Shown here piece by piece: positions 28,601 through 37,320 of a stretch of DNA of 64,000 nt; positions within the stretch are counted from its first letter, which is position 1; each line of letters opens with the position of its first letter. The position numbers were made by a program, and so were the translations under genes. The stretch is from positions 1 to 64,000 of the IMG/VR virus record IMGVR_UViG_3300032242_002454; one strand, 5' to 3'. The notes below the pieces were generated by a model that worked only from the letters and a program-made list of their open reading frames with translations, searched no databases and was not told the origin of the DNA.

Positions 28601-31281
28601 TAATTACTAGCAGGAGCATTACTAGCAATATTAATATATTGTTCAGCCACCCATTTTTCTCTGCTATTAACTTCTGGATGATTACTAAATCCGACTATCG
28701 GGGGAATTTTACCTTGATCATCGCACATAGCATTAACTGTAACTGATCCTACTATCAAAGCATCATCAATATAATTGCCTGGTTCTTCCCAGGCCCCGTC
28801 AGACGAAATCTCAAAGTCTGTATAAATTTTTCCATTACCTTGTTGAACAAAAATTTTAGTACCGTTTCCTTCTGAATCTTTGATTTCAGTCGTGGCACCA
28901 TCATTAGTAAATAATCTACTATCTCTATACCATTGTGGCATAGGAACTTTAACCATATATTGTTTACCATAATATTCTGTGGCAATATTAGCAAAAAATT
29001 GATGAATAGCTTGCAAATGATTATATAGAGTTTTTTGAAAAGGATCAGCTTTGTCCATTTCTGTTTGACCTTGTCTTTGTGCTCCACCTTGAAAATTTGC
29101 TCGATTTACACGATCATTATAAGTATTATTCAATATTGATTTTGTTAAACCTTGAAACAGTTCCAAAGTATTATTACCATATATTTGTCTAAAAACTTTG
29201 TAACAAAGTTCAGCAATATCTGTGGTAAACATTGGATTAAAAGCATATGCCATCCATATGTCGAAACCTTTACCAGCAGCTCGTATTTCATTTTCTAAAA
29301 CTAAAAATAATGAACTATGATTACTATAACCATCAAAATATGTTTTTGGTAAAGCACCCTTAAGATCATCAATATAAAATAAAATTTGCATTTGAGCCAT
29401 ACCAGGATCAAAATAAACCTTACGAACTAGTCCATTAGAACCTACTCCAAAATAAGGACAGATCGTATCTGCATACATTGGATGATTCTTTTTAGTACCT
29501 GGTAAATTAATAAGAATAATTTCACCAGCTAAATTTACTCCATCATAATAATTTCCTCTAGAAATATTATTAGAAGAACTCCAAGGATCTAAAGGATTAG
29601 GATGATTTGAAAACATCTGTTGATCAGCAAAATTTCCGGGTTGATTCTCAGCCACGGCTGCTCCATCACCATATAACCTAGAATATCTTCTGGTGCTTAA
29701 AAAACTAGGAACTCTTAATTGATTACTCCCTGGCTGTAGAGAATTTTCATAATTAATAAAAGAACCAGTTCTATTATTAGCATAAGGATCATAAATTAAT
29801 GTGGTCTGTTTAGAAACTAAAGAACTAGTTTTAAATTGCCATAATCGTTTCTGTTTTCCTCCCAAATACATTGATCGAGTAGTTTGATCAGAATATTCTT
29901 GTCCATAATTAAAAGTGCTAACATTTAACTTTTGATTTACTAACCAAGATACATAGTTTTTAATAACGTCTTTTTGTGGCTGTAATCTACGAGATATTGT
30001 GTTAACTTTAAAAATACCACTATATGCACTTCCAGGAGGAGCTGGTTCTAATGAGATAAAAAAATCATATCCTGATCCATCACAAATTTCTGTAATGAAA
30101 GACATTAAACTAATAGTTGGTCCTGTCATATATAGACTAGAAGGAGGATATGGTAATGCACTTAAGTCTAATTTATAGTAAGAATGAAAACTACCATCAC
30201 CACCCATAACGCTAGGACACAGACCACATTCTTTTAATGAGATATGATTAGTATCAGCATCATCTATACCAGATTGATCAAAGTCTACAGGCGAACCATT
30301 TGCAAAAGATAATGCTCGACCAAGAATTGCTCCATGAGGGAAAAATGGATTAGTATCTGTTGTTCCTGGAGCCAACATATTAACTAGAGCATCATAGATA
30401 TTTCTTGCGGGTATGCCATTATCTGTTCTTCCAGAATTACCGAATTTTATTTGTTCCCAATATCCATAAACATTAAAAACATTAGGTAAATTGCCCTGTC
30501 TTATAGAACCATTAAAAGGTAAGAATGGTTGAGTAGAATCATAATGACATGGTACAGATATGTTCTGTTCAGTATTATTGTCTGATGTATTTGGTATTGT
30601 GGCCGCTACTGTTCCAGCGTATTCGTCTATAATTAAATAGCATCCTTTTAATAAAGAGGATCCACTCTTCATCTCTATCTCATACGTAGGCGAACCACCT
30701 TGAGAACCCATAGCTTTCCATGAGGTTATTAATCCTCCAAAATATAAATCTTGAAACCAAAAAACTGCTGGTATACCAATTAAGTCATATCCTACATTAG
30801 AAAATTTGTTAGCGCCAGCCAAAAATCCTGGATCTGGACCTAGCCATCTTTTTGGAATACCATTAACATTTTTACATATCTTGCCCGGATCCATATTGCT
30901 GAGATTTTGTTGCTCTATTTGTAAACTAATTGGTTTAACTAAATTTTTAGTGTTGTCTGTAGCAAAATTTTCTGATGAGTCTATCACTAAAGCTTGAGAC
31001 TTAACAGTAGTAGGTTGATTATTAACTTGTTTTACTACAGTATTAAGAGAGTTATATTTAACAGATCTTGGGTGGTATGCTTTGTCTTCTACTATGGTAA
31101 CGGTTAAAGAACTAGAATCTTCGCCCCAGGCTAGATTCATATTAAAATTAGTGACACTGCATCCTAAAAATATTGATTGTTCTAATGGTCCAACTTCTCT
31201 ATAGTTTCCGGCCGGATTTGTTTGAACAATAGTGGAGAATTCTGATGCAGTACACTCTTGACTATTGACTATGTTTCCCAT
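25675..31281 (-). CDS. Large tail-tip/hub-like structural protein (1868 aa)
   Basis: Lies downstream of TMP and fibre. N-terminal FLGCSVTNFNMNLAW...SSLTVTIVED hub-like strands; late SIQVQVGEGGITTNYNF motif. Product inferred from synteny. Confidence 0.6.
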   Translation of the reverse strand: MGNIVNSQECTASEFSTIVQTNPAGNYREVGPLEQSIFLGCSVTNFNMNLAWGEDSSSLTVTIVEDKAYHPRSVKYNSLNTVVKQVNNQPTTVKSQALVIDSSENFATDNTKNLVKPISLQIEQQNLSNMDPGKICKNVNGIPKRWLGPDPGFLAGANKFSNVGYDLIGIPAVFWFQDLYFGGLITSWKAMGSQGGSPTYEIEMKSGSSLLKGCYLIIDEYAGTVAATIPNTSDNNTEQNISVPCHYDSTQPFLPFNGSIRQGNLPNVFNVYGYWEQIKFGNSGRTDNGIPARNIYDALVNMLAPGTTDTNPFFPHGAILGRALSFANGSPVDFDQSGIDDADTNHISLKECGLCPSVMGGDGSFHSYYKLDLSALPYPPSSLYMTGPTISLMSFITEICDGSGYDFFISLEPAPPGSAYSGIFKVNTISRRLQPQKDVIKNYVSWLVNQKLNVSTFNYGQEYSDQTTRSMYLGGKQKRLWQFKTSSLVSKQTTLIYDPYANNRTGSFINYENSLQPGSNQLRVPSFLSTRRYSRLYGDGAAVAENQPGNFADQQMFSNHPNPLDPWSSSNNISRGNYYDGVNLAGEIILINLPGTKKNHPMYADTICPYFGVGSNGLVRKVYFDPGMAQMQILFYIDDLKGALPKTYFDGYSNHSSLFLVLENEIRAAGKGFDIWMAYAFNPMFTTDIAELCYKVFRQIYGNNTLELFQGLTKSILNNTYNDRVNRANFQGGAQRQGQTEMDKADPFQKTLYNHLQAIHQFFANIATEYYGKQYMVKVPMPQWYRDSRLFTNDGATTEIKDSEGNGTKIFVQQGNGKIYTDFEISSDGAWEEPGNYIDDALIVGSVTVNAMCDDQGKIPPIVGFSNHPEVNSREKWVAEQYINIASNAPASNYGKSHLVTDWRFLLNSRNANDALEESNNYYGSINHSLPPEEYIDIYTGGFANSVAFRTAHGFPIGTSTGANSKVSKQISKTYVKANCEKDFVFMEALPNGDVTDARVVIQISSPVKMGNGRNIADKELNHIISQDFLLKMLRDSTIPSPVKNPVDINTNSTVNGGLRRYPFTLTWDPRTVLAAFLYPGLQREVFLDSNGQDSNLSSDNMHILEKAAYPYFAAIPLESSMATYGPWTNHPGLIEEKIFDSRVLDVPSSVNNLVGSVKVQHDAGLVPWNYGGMDALDAAVMARIKDDVNYQQITEQGSIQVPGALLTSLQGTAFNLGDALIGENQTFGGPIISSIQVQVGEGGITTNYNFRTYTRKLGFYNKENADRIKEIGQESLKRRKEISTSLMGVLNTLNNGPQYGPTLSNQGYFGNLFNIPNENNTPKFLRWSPFEILAGSNATIVRPDSTITDIYKDLNYSPGWSKMPFTTKNISYDPINMIRESTNVSLQDVQELPREFEKGYENKSMMSLDGILSPISFYPTPHGSTFSITKYPRPGCPFCQGTAKYRYKYLDPDNPLTTVNVSTITNAAIEKEVDCPFCETIEDKTKKALVSASPKETNPPYILASGDDLTLISRNSSGLPNGLSGNPIINYGTLNPVLMSVGEFSSFPNRQFTDKTGHSIDLIGQGLSIPEGYNGLKPAYSKNIERSFLDYDQNYMEFCSKRGIAPGITPANNMRYFGLRGPLMVHAWGYDLEGYPVPNASGEPKVLNGEIVRDTRTKQIIYKNQSQKPDGTWTAPYKEHQFYKGWGQLPSTWPVGPVDLRWDANAGVWTVGANYKPIWVVLETDLVNRQPSRGAIIEDSYTNDPLPSGLRKLVFVQDNLNIVCVPRGAPVYCKYNGQNGFYEPIYNKHYMTSGVIQGDTDVSIYQIYQDTTAMTANTTSTDSPAPIPIPIMYRTNYNNPMGFNVSAGDLGMFVFINGSWVLQSVNC

Positions 31282-31307
31282 AATTTATCCTTATTTTAAT
31301 CTTCTTA

Positions 31308-32948
31308 TTAATCTGTTATGCACCTGATCCATTCCCATCCTTTAATTTTAGTGAATCTTCCTTCTGATGGATTCCAGGTTGAACTATCTTGTTTGATATA
31401 AGATTTTACACCACCGTTGATTGGATTATATGACATATTTCCGGGATTAAAAGCTTCCACCGCACCTGTAACAGCATTAAAATGTTCTATTGGGAATGCT
31501 AGATTTTTTAAGCCTGTAGGTCTAGGAAATATAACTTCAAAAGTAACATTTCTAGAAGCAGCAGTAATTGTACCTAAATCTTGTAAAATAGGTCCAAGTT
31601 TACGACCAAGAACAAAAATAGAAGCAATAACAGGTATGGCAGAAGTATCTTCTACTGTTAATGTTTCACTAATTGATCCTGGAATTAAATTAATAGGTCT
31701 ATTATTAAAAGTCCAACTATAAGTAACAGTACCTTCTGATGGATTAAAGCCTTCTTGAATATTAAATGGAATGGGATTCATTGCATTTTCATATCCATTT
31801 GGTCGGTTTCTATCTGACTTAAATTGATCTTTAAATAGAGGAGGAAAAAAGCTGCGATCTCCCGTATTTGCAAAACTATTTGCTCTATTCAACATTTCTA
31901 TTTTGACACCACTATATCCACTAATAGCAGCAATAAATTTATTATTATAGTCTTTATCATTTTTAGTAAATGAATTATGCAAAGTAGCTAATGAGCCGCT
32001 TAATCCACCAGTAATATAGGTAACTGAATTAGTATCGTATATATTACCACTTTGAAAAGGTTCTAAACCTTTAATACTTCCATTAATAACAACTGTTCTT
32101 AGCATGGTATTGTCTAGAGTATTCTCTACTGAGAAAGTTTCTATATATCCGAGTGCATTACCGGGCATACCTAGCCAAGTATCTGTAATTTTATAAGAAC
32201 CTTCAGTATCACTAACATTAATGCTTCTAACAAAATTATATAGAGTTAAACCTTTATCAATAACTCCTGTATATTTGGGGGTTTGACTAAGATGAAAATT
32301 TACCCAGTCTTTTGCCCCACTAACTGCACTTAATCCTGATCCTCCTATTCCAGTTCCTGTGGGTATAAATTTACCAACTGCTCCTAATGTTCTAGTGATA
32401 CGATATAGTGGATAAGCTAGTCCAGCATCATATTTAGGACTACCAAAACCCAAAGAACCAAGAATAAGAGGAGATCTAGCAGTCCAGTTATATTCATCTA
32501 TAGTTTCTATTGTATAGTCATCTTGTGTTTGACTAACATGAAAAATACTATTAGAAGCATCTTTTACTTCTGATTGTAGTTCTATACTATAGTCAATAGT
32601 ACTTGTCCAATTATTATCAGTTTTACTAGCACCATATTTACTAATCTTAATTCCAGAATATACTATATTAGTAGTAGAAGTATTATCTCCACAACCAATA
32701 GTTAAATTTTGTCCATCTATTGAAAAAGTATTTCGTAATCCACTTTCTAAGATTAACAAATTATTAAAAGCAGTGACTCCGCTTCCGCTATAAATTTGAC
32801 CTTCTAAAGTAATAGTAACAGTAGCACCAATAGCTTTACCAGCTCCATCTCTTTGTTGTTCTTTAGAGATACTTATTGATGGAACAGGATATCCACTAGC
32901 TCCTTTAAAACTAAAGTCTCCATATTTTATATATGATGGTGTTGCCAT
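31308..32948 (-). CDS. Putative distal tail/tail-tip protein (546 aa)
   Basis: Beta-rich with repeated tube-like strands (TITLEGQI, GTVTYSWTF); position after TMP and fibre. Confidence 0.55.
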   Translation of the reverse strand: MATPSYIKYGDFSFKGASGYPVPSISISKEQQRDGAGKAIGATVTITLEGQIYSGSGVTAFNNLLILESGLRNTFSIDGQNLTIGCGDNTSTTNIVYSGIKISKYGASKTDNNWTSTIDYSIELQSEVKDASNSIFHVSQTQDDYTIETIDEYNWTARSPLILGSLGFGSPKYDAGLAYPLYRITRTLGAVGKFIPTGTGIGGSGLSAVSGAKDWVNFHLSQTPKYTGVIDKGLTLYNFVRSINVSDTEGSYKITDTWLGMPGNALGYIETFSVENTLDNTMLRTVVINGSIKGLEPFQSGNIYDTNSVTYITGGLSGSLATLHNSFTKNDKDYNNKFIAAISGYSGVKIEMLNRANSFANTGDRSFFPPLFKDQFKSDRNRPNGYENAMNPIPFNIQEGFNPSEGTVTYSWTFNNRPINLIPGSISETLTVEDTSAIPVIASIFVLGRKLGPILQDLGTITAASRNVTFEVIFPRPTGLKNLAFPIEHFNAVTGAVEAFNPGNMSYNPINGGVKSYIKQDSSTWNPSEGRFTKIKGWEWIRCITD

Positions 32949-32976
32949 AAATTAATCCTAAATTCTATTTATTTTC

Positions 32977-35900
32977 CTAGTTTGTATACAAATCATCAGC
33001 CCCATAATGATTAAGCTGATTAATCCTTGCTGTGGCCGACCATATTGCAGTATAATTGTCTGCACCGCTAGCAACAACACTAAGTCTAGAAGGATTAGAG
33101 CCAACGATTTGAGTATAAAGTGTCATGCCTCCAGGCATAGTATCTCCATAAGTTCTTACACTTTCTGTACCAAGTTTAGAAAATCTAATACCACTAACTG
33201 TTTTAATTAAAGCTCCTTCAATAAACATTCCAGCACCATATTTAGTGCCATATCTGTTGGTATTTGTTAAGCTACCTGATTGCCATAGTACAGATACATC
33301 TATTTGATATGCCCACACTCTATCATATTCAGCGTCTTGAAGTCCAGAAAAAGCATCCAAGTTAATACAATTTGTTGATGTTTCTGTAGTAGGAACTGTA
33401 GTACCAACTGCTGGTTTGGTCCAATTAGTTACTAATGGTCTTACTTGACCACCATTTGTGGTACGAGTTCTTAAATAATATTGAGCAAACTGTGAGGATC
33501 CATTATATTTATCATCACTAACTTTGAGAGATCCTCCAGCAAAAACATGGTTGTGTTTAGTTCGAGTTACTTGTGCTTTATAGCCAAACTCTATACCAGC
33601 AACAGTTGATGGATCATTAATTGGATTTGTATTTTGATAAACTCTTAAACCAGTAGATCCTACCCATGTGTCTCCACGATAAACTAACATGGTTCCATCG
33701 GTCAGATCAGTGCCATCAGGAAATTTGGTAGTTAACCCAAGGTCTACTCTGTATGACGAATTACCCTGTGAAGTATAGGTAATATTTGCTGGATATATTC
33801 CAGAAAACTGTGTTTTCAAATCTATATCACTAAAGCTTAAGTTTCCATACTGATCGGTTTTTAGATAATAGCCAGATACAGTAGATCCAACACCAAGCTT
33901 TAAACTATTAAACCAAGCTGTACCATTGGCATATAGTACCACGCCACTAGCATTATATCTAGAGATATCGCTTGATGAAGCATTTATCATCACAGATCCT
34001 GTGGGACTAATATGAAAACCGTTTCTAGTGCTCCAAGAACCAGAATTAATCACAGAAAACTTATTTCCTAAACCACGATTATTAAATACTGTATCATATG
34101 TATCATTAGAACTTAATACAATATTATAGAAACTATCTGGATTAGTAGTTAAAGCATCAGTATTCACAACCCCTGTAGCTCCTAAAGCTAAAATTTGTTG
34201 AGAATTAATCCATTTTATACTAGTATTACCTGTAGCTAATGAACTTTGATTAGCAAAAATAATACTATTAGGACTTGTTGTGCTAGAATTTAATTTTCCA
34301 CTATTATTAACATATAGGAATGTTCCAGTAAGACTAGGAGAAAGACTGATCCCACTACTTACTGTTAAATTATTAAATGTACCAGAATTACCACTAATAT
34401 TATAAAAATCAATTCTTTGATTACCAAAATTAGTATCTAGTAATACTTTAGCAAATTCAACGCCGCCACTGCCTCTGATTCTGAACTTATATGTGGATGC
34501 TTGATCATTAACAAATAATCCAGTAGAAGCAATATAAAAACCATTATCTCCACCCAAATTAAAGTTCATAGTCTTGGTACTGGGACTATATAATATTTCG
34601 GAAATACCACTAGCTACCTTATCACTTACTCTGTACATTAATCCAGTATCTAGACCAGAAATTCTAACAGGCAACTGCCATGTTCCAACTCCATTAGTAT
34701 TAGTAGTTAATACATAAGCATCTGGAGCAGAGAAACCTACCCTAAGTCCTGATGTTGTTGTTAGTCCACTTACTGAAAACTCTGATGTGGGACTATCTGT
34801 ATTAATACCCACCCTATTATTATTTAAAGAAATATTGAGTATACTAGTATTATCACTACTAGATTTAATAATAAAGTTATCTTGTGTAGCTCCAGAATTA
34901 AAAACTACTTTATCATTGTCTAATACCATTTTATTGGAGTTATTGGTACCCATATATAGAGTATTATCTGCAACGCCACTAATACCATAACCCACTACCA
35001 CATTACGAACACCAGAAACATTATTATTATAGCCAACAATAACACCACTACTATATAAGTATGTATTATTAGTGCCAACAACTATGTTATTAGAACCATA
35101 AATTGGATTTGTTTCTGTTCCACCAGCACCACCCATTCTTTGATATGGCATTACCCAGCCACTAATTGCTGATGTATTAGGACTATTATTATCATCAAAA
35201 GCAGTATTAATAGCATAATATCCATTAGTAGTATCAATAGCCATTGGTGCACCAACAGATATTGTTGTATTATTATTCATACTACTTTCTACTACATTAG
35301 TAATCTCTCTAATGAAAGTATTTGAAACAGAGGGTGGGTTCTGAATACAAACTAAAAGCTTATCTCCTGTTAAATATTTAGACGCAACACCTTGGGTTGG
35401 AATTGTAATATTAAGACCAGCAACATCTAAAGAACACTTATCTCTAGTAGAACCCAAAGTATTATTACGACCATATACTATATTGTTGACGCCATGTAAA
35501 TTATTTGATGTTCCAATAATAATTCCACTTGATACTACCTGATTATAACCTAATACAACATTACCACTACCAAAAACATCCATTTTGCTATCTATGGTAT
35601 TGAAAATTAGAGACTCTTGACCCACAACAGCTATTTTGGATCCAACAGTACCTAACTGATTACCAGCCAAGAAATTAGAATTACCAATAGAATAAGAGTT
35701 TGAGGCGTTTTTTAAGTTGTTATAAGAACCAACAGCACTAAGATTAGAACCAGAAGCTATGTTTTTATTACCTAAAATAACATTACTATTACCAGACAAT
35801 ACTAAATTATTAATACCTGCAACAATAGAATTATTAACTGTACCAGCTGTTCTAGACGGAGTGCCACTTATGGTGCCATCTGAAGAGATATAGACACCAG

Positions 35901-37308
35901 TTTGATTATTCAATATACCAACAACTAAATTATTATTACTGGTTGGTGGAACAGCATTAATACTCCCTAACACTAAATTGTTGGCAACAGTACCACTTAG
36001 ATTATTAGTATTACCAACTACTAAAGAGCCATTAATATCTTTAAGAGTATTAGACTGACCAATTAGTAATAGTTTAGACGGAGCACCACTAGCAAGATTA
36101 TTATTTATACCTAAAAGAATACTTTGATCCAGACCAGAGATTGTGGAGTTACCTAGTCCAATAATAATAGACTTATTGGTATCTTGTAGGCTGATATTAT
36201 TACCAACAAAAATACCACTAGAAATATTAGTTATAGTTTGATCAGAACCAATGCAGATGAGTTTAGTGCCAGTAATTACATCTGAGCTGCCATATACCTT
36301 ATTGGAGTTACCACTCAGACTAACTTTAGAACCTACTACACTATTATCATTACCAATTAAAGTATTAACATTTCCAATGTAAATATTATTATCACCACTA
36401 TTGCTTACATAAGAACCTAAAACTACACCGGACGCTCCAGAACTCACTCCAACCTGTACTAACCCAACGCTAGTAGAAGTATTGAGACTATTATTGCTGC
36501 CTAAAAGAATATTGTAGTTGCCAGTAATGCTACTAGAATTACCCACGAAAATATTAGATAGTCCATTCAAATTAATTGAATCACCTAAAGCAGTATTATT
36601 TGCGCCAATTAATCTAGAATTATTTACTAGGGCAAAAACTTTGGCTCCATTGAAATAATTATAACTACCAATAGCTATGCCAGTATTAGATATTCCTGTG
36701 TTACTAGAACCTACAGTTATTAAATTAACACCTGTTACAGAATTGCTAACACCCATAACAGTATAAGTATAACCAGAAACACTATTGCTACCACCTAACA
36801 CTATATTTCTTAAATTAGCACTAAATACTGGTTTATTTGTTCCCTTATCATCAACAGTAAATAGTATTTCACCACTAGTAGATCCAGTTATAGGATCTAA
36901 AATTTTGGACATTATTTGTCCATAAACAATTTCATTATAGTTTGTATCTCGTCCAGCTAAATTAATCGTGGCTGGATAGCTACCAGATAATGGAGCAGTC
37001 TGGGGGTTGTGTACTAATAGAAGGGTGACACCTGTGGGGCAATTGGTGATACTTTCAACAATTAAACCATCTTTAGAGCATGGGGCTACAACATGTAAAA
37101 CAGCGTCGGGTAAGCCTGTGCCAATTCCTAATCTACCAGCAGAAGCATCAAAATATACTAATCCATTGCCGGTACCACGAATGCTAAAATCAATATCTTG
37201 TTTGAGAGCATTAAAAGAAGTACTAATTCCAGAAGTTTCTGATAATATAATTGATGGATTAATACCAGAACCAATATAAAGTGTACCAGATACTGTTTGA
37301 CTACTCAT
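32977..37308 (-). CDS. Tail fibre/adhesin with long G-x-x-N beta-roll (YadA-head-like) repeats
   Basis: Dozens of (I/V/L)-G-x-x-N repeats across about 35000-36800. Two copies of a GRLGIGT/NRVGINT-x-P module; Ser/Gly/Asn-rich. Confidence 0.75.
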   Translation of the reverse strand: MSSQTVSGTLYIGSGINPSIILSETSGISTSFNALKQDIDFSIRGTGNGLVYFDASAGRLGIGTGLPDAVLHVVAPCSKDGLIVESITNCPTGVTLLLVHNPQTAPLSGSYPATINLAGRDTNYNEIVYGQIMSKILDPITGSTSGEILFTVDDKGTNKPVFSANLRNIVLGGSNSVSGYTYTVMGVSNSVTGVNLITVGSSNTGISNTGIAIGSYNYFNGAKVFALVNNSRLIGANNTALGDSINLNGLSNIFVGNSSSITGNYNILLGSNNSLNTSTSVGLVQVGVSSGASGVVLGSYVSNSGDNNIYIGNVNTLIGNDNSVVGSKVSLSGNSNKVYGSSDVITGTKLICIGSDQTITNISSGIFVGNNISLQDTNKSIIIGLGNSTISGLDQSILLGINNNLASGAPSKLLLIGQSNTLKDINGSLVVGNTNNLSGTVANNLVLGSINAVPPTSNNNLVVGILNNQTGVYISSDGTISGTPSRTAGTVNNSIVAGINNLVLSGNSNVILGNKNIASGSNLSAVGSYNNLKNASNSYSIGNSNFLAGNQLGTVGSKIAVVGQESLIFNTIDSKMDVFGSGNVVLGYNQVVSSGIIIGTSNNLHGVNNIVYGRNNTLGSTRDKCSLDVAGLNITIPTQGVASKYLTGDKLLVCIQNPPSVSNTFIREITNVVESSMNNNTTISVGAPMAIDTTNGYYAINTAFDDNNSPNTSAISGWVMPYQRMGGAGGTETNPIYGSNNIVVGTNNTYLYSSGVIVGYNNNVSGVRNVVVGYGISGVADNTLYMGTNNSNKMVLDNDKVVFNSGATQDNFIIKSSSDNTSILNISLNNNRVGINTDSPTSEFSVSGLTTTSGLRVGFSAPDAYVLTTNTNGVGTWQLPVRISGLDTGLMYRVSDKVASGISEILYSPSTKTMNFNLGGDNGFYIASTGLFVNDQASTYKFRIRGSGGVEFAKVLLDTNFGNQRIDFYNISGNSGTFNNLTVSSGISLSPSLTGTFLYVNNSGKLNSSTTSPNSIIFANQSSLATGNTSIKWINSQQILALGATGVVNTDALTTNPDSFYNIVLSSNDTYDTVFNNRGLGNKFSVINSGSWSTRNGFHISPTGSVMINASSSDISRYNASGVVLYANGTAWFNSLKLGVGSTVSGYYLKTDQYGNLSFSDIDLKTQFSGIYPANITYTSQGNSSYRVDLGLTTKFPDGTDLTDGTMLVYRGDTWVGSTGLRVYQNTNPINDPSTVAGIEFGYKAQVTRTKHNHVFAGGSLKVSDDKYNGSSQFAQYYLRTRTTNGGQVRPLVTNWTKPAVGTTVPTTETSTNCINLDAFSGLQDAEYDRVWAYQIDVSVLWQSGSLTNTNRYGTKYGAGMFIEGALIKTVSGIRFSKLGTESVRTYGDTMPGGMTLYTQIVGSNPSRLSVVASGADNYTAIWSATARINQLNHYGADDLYTN

Positions 37309-37320
37309 TATAGTTACTCC

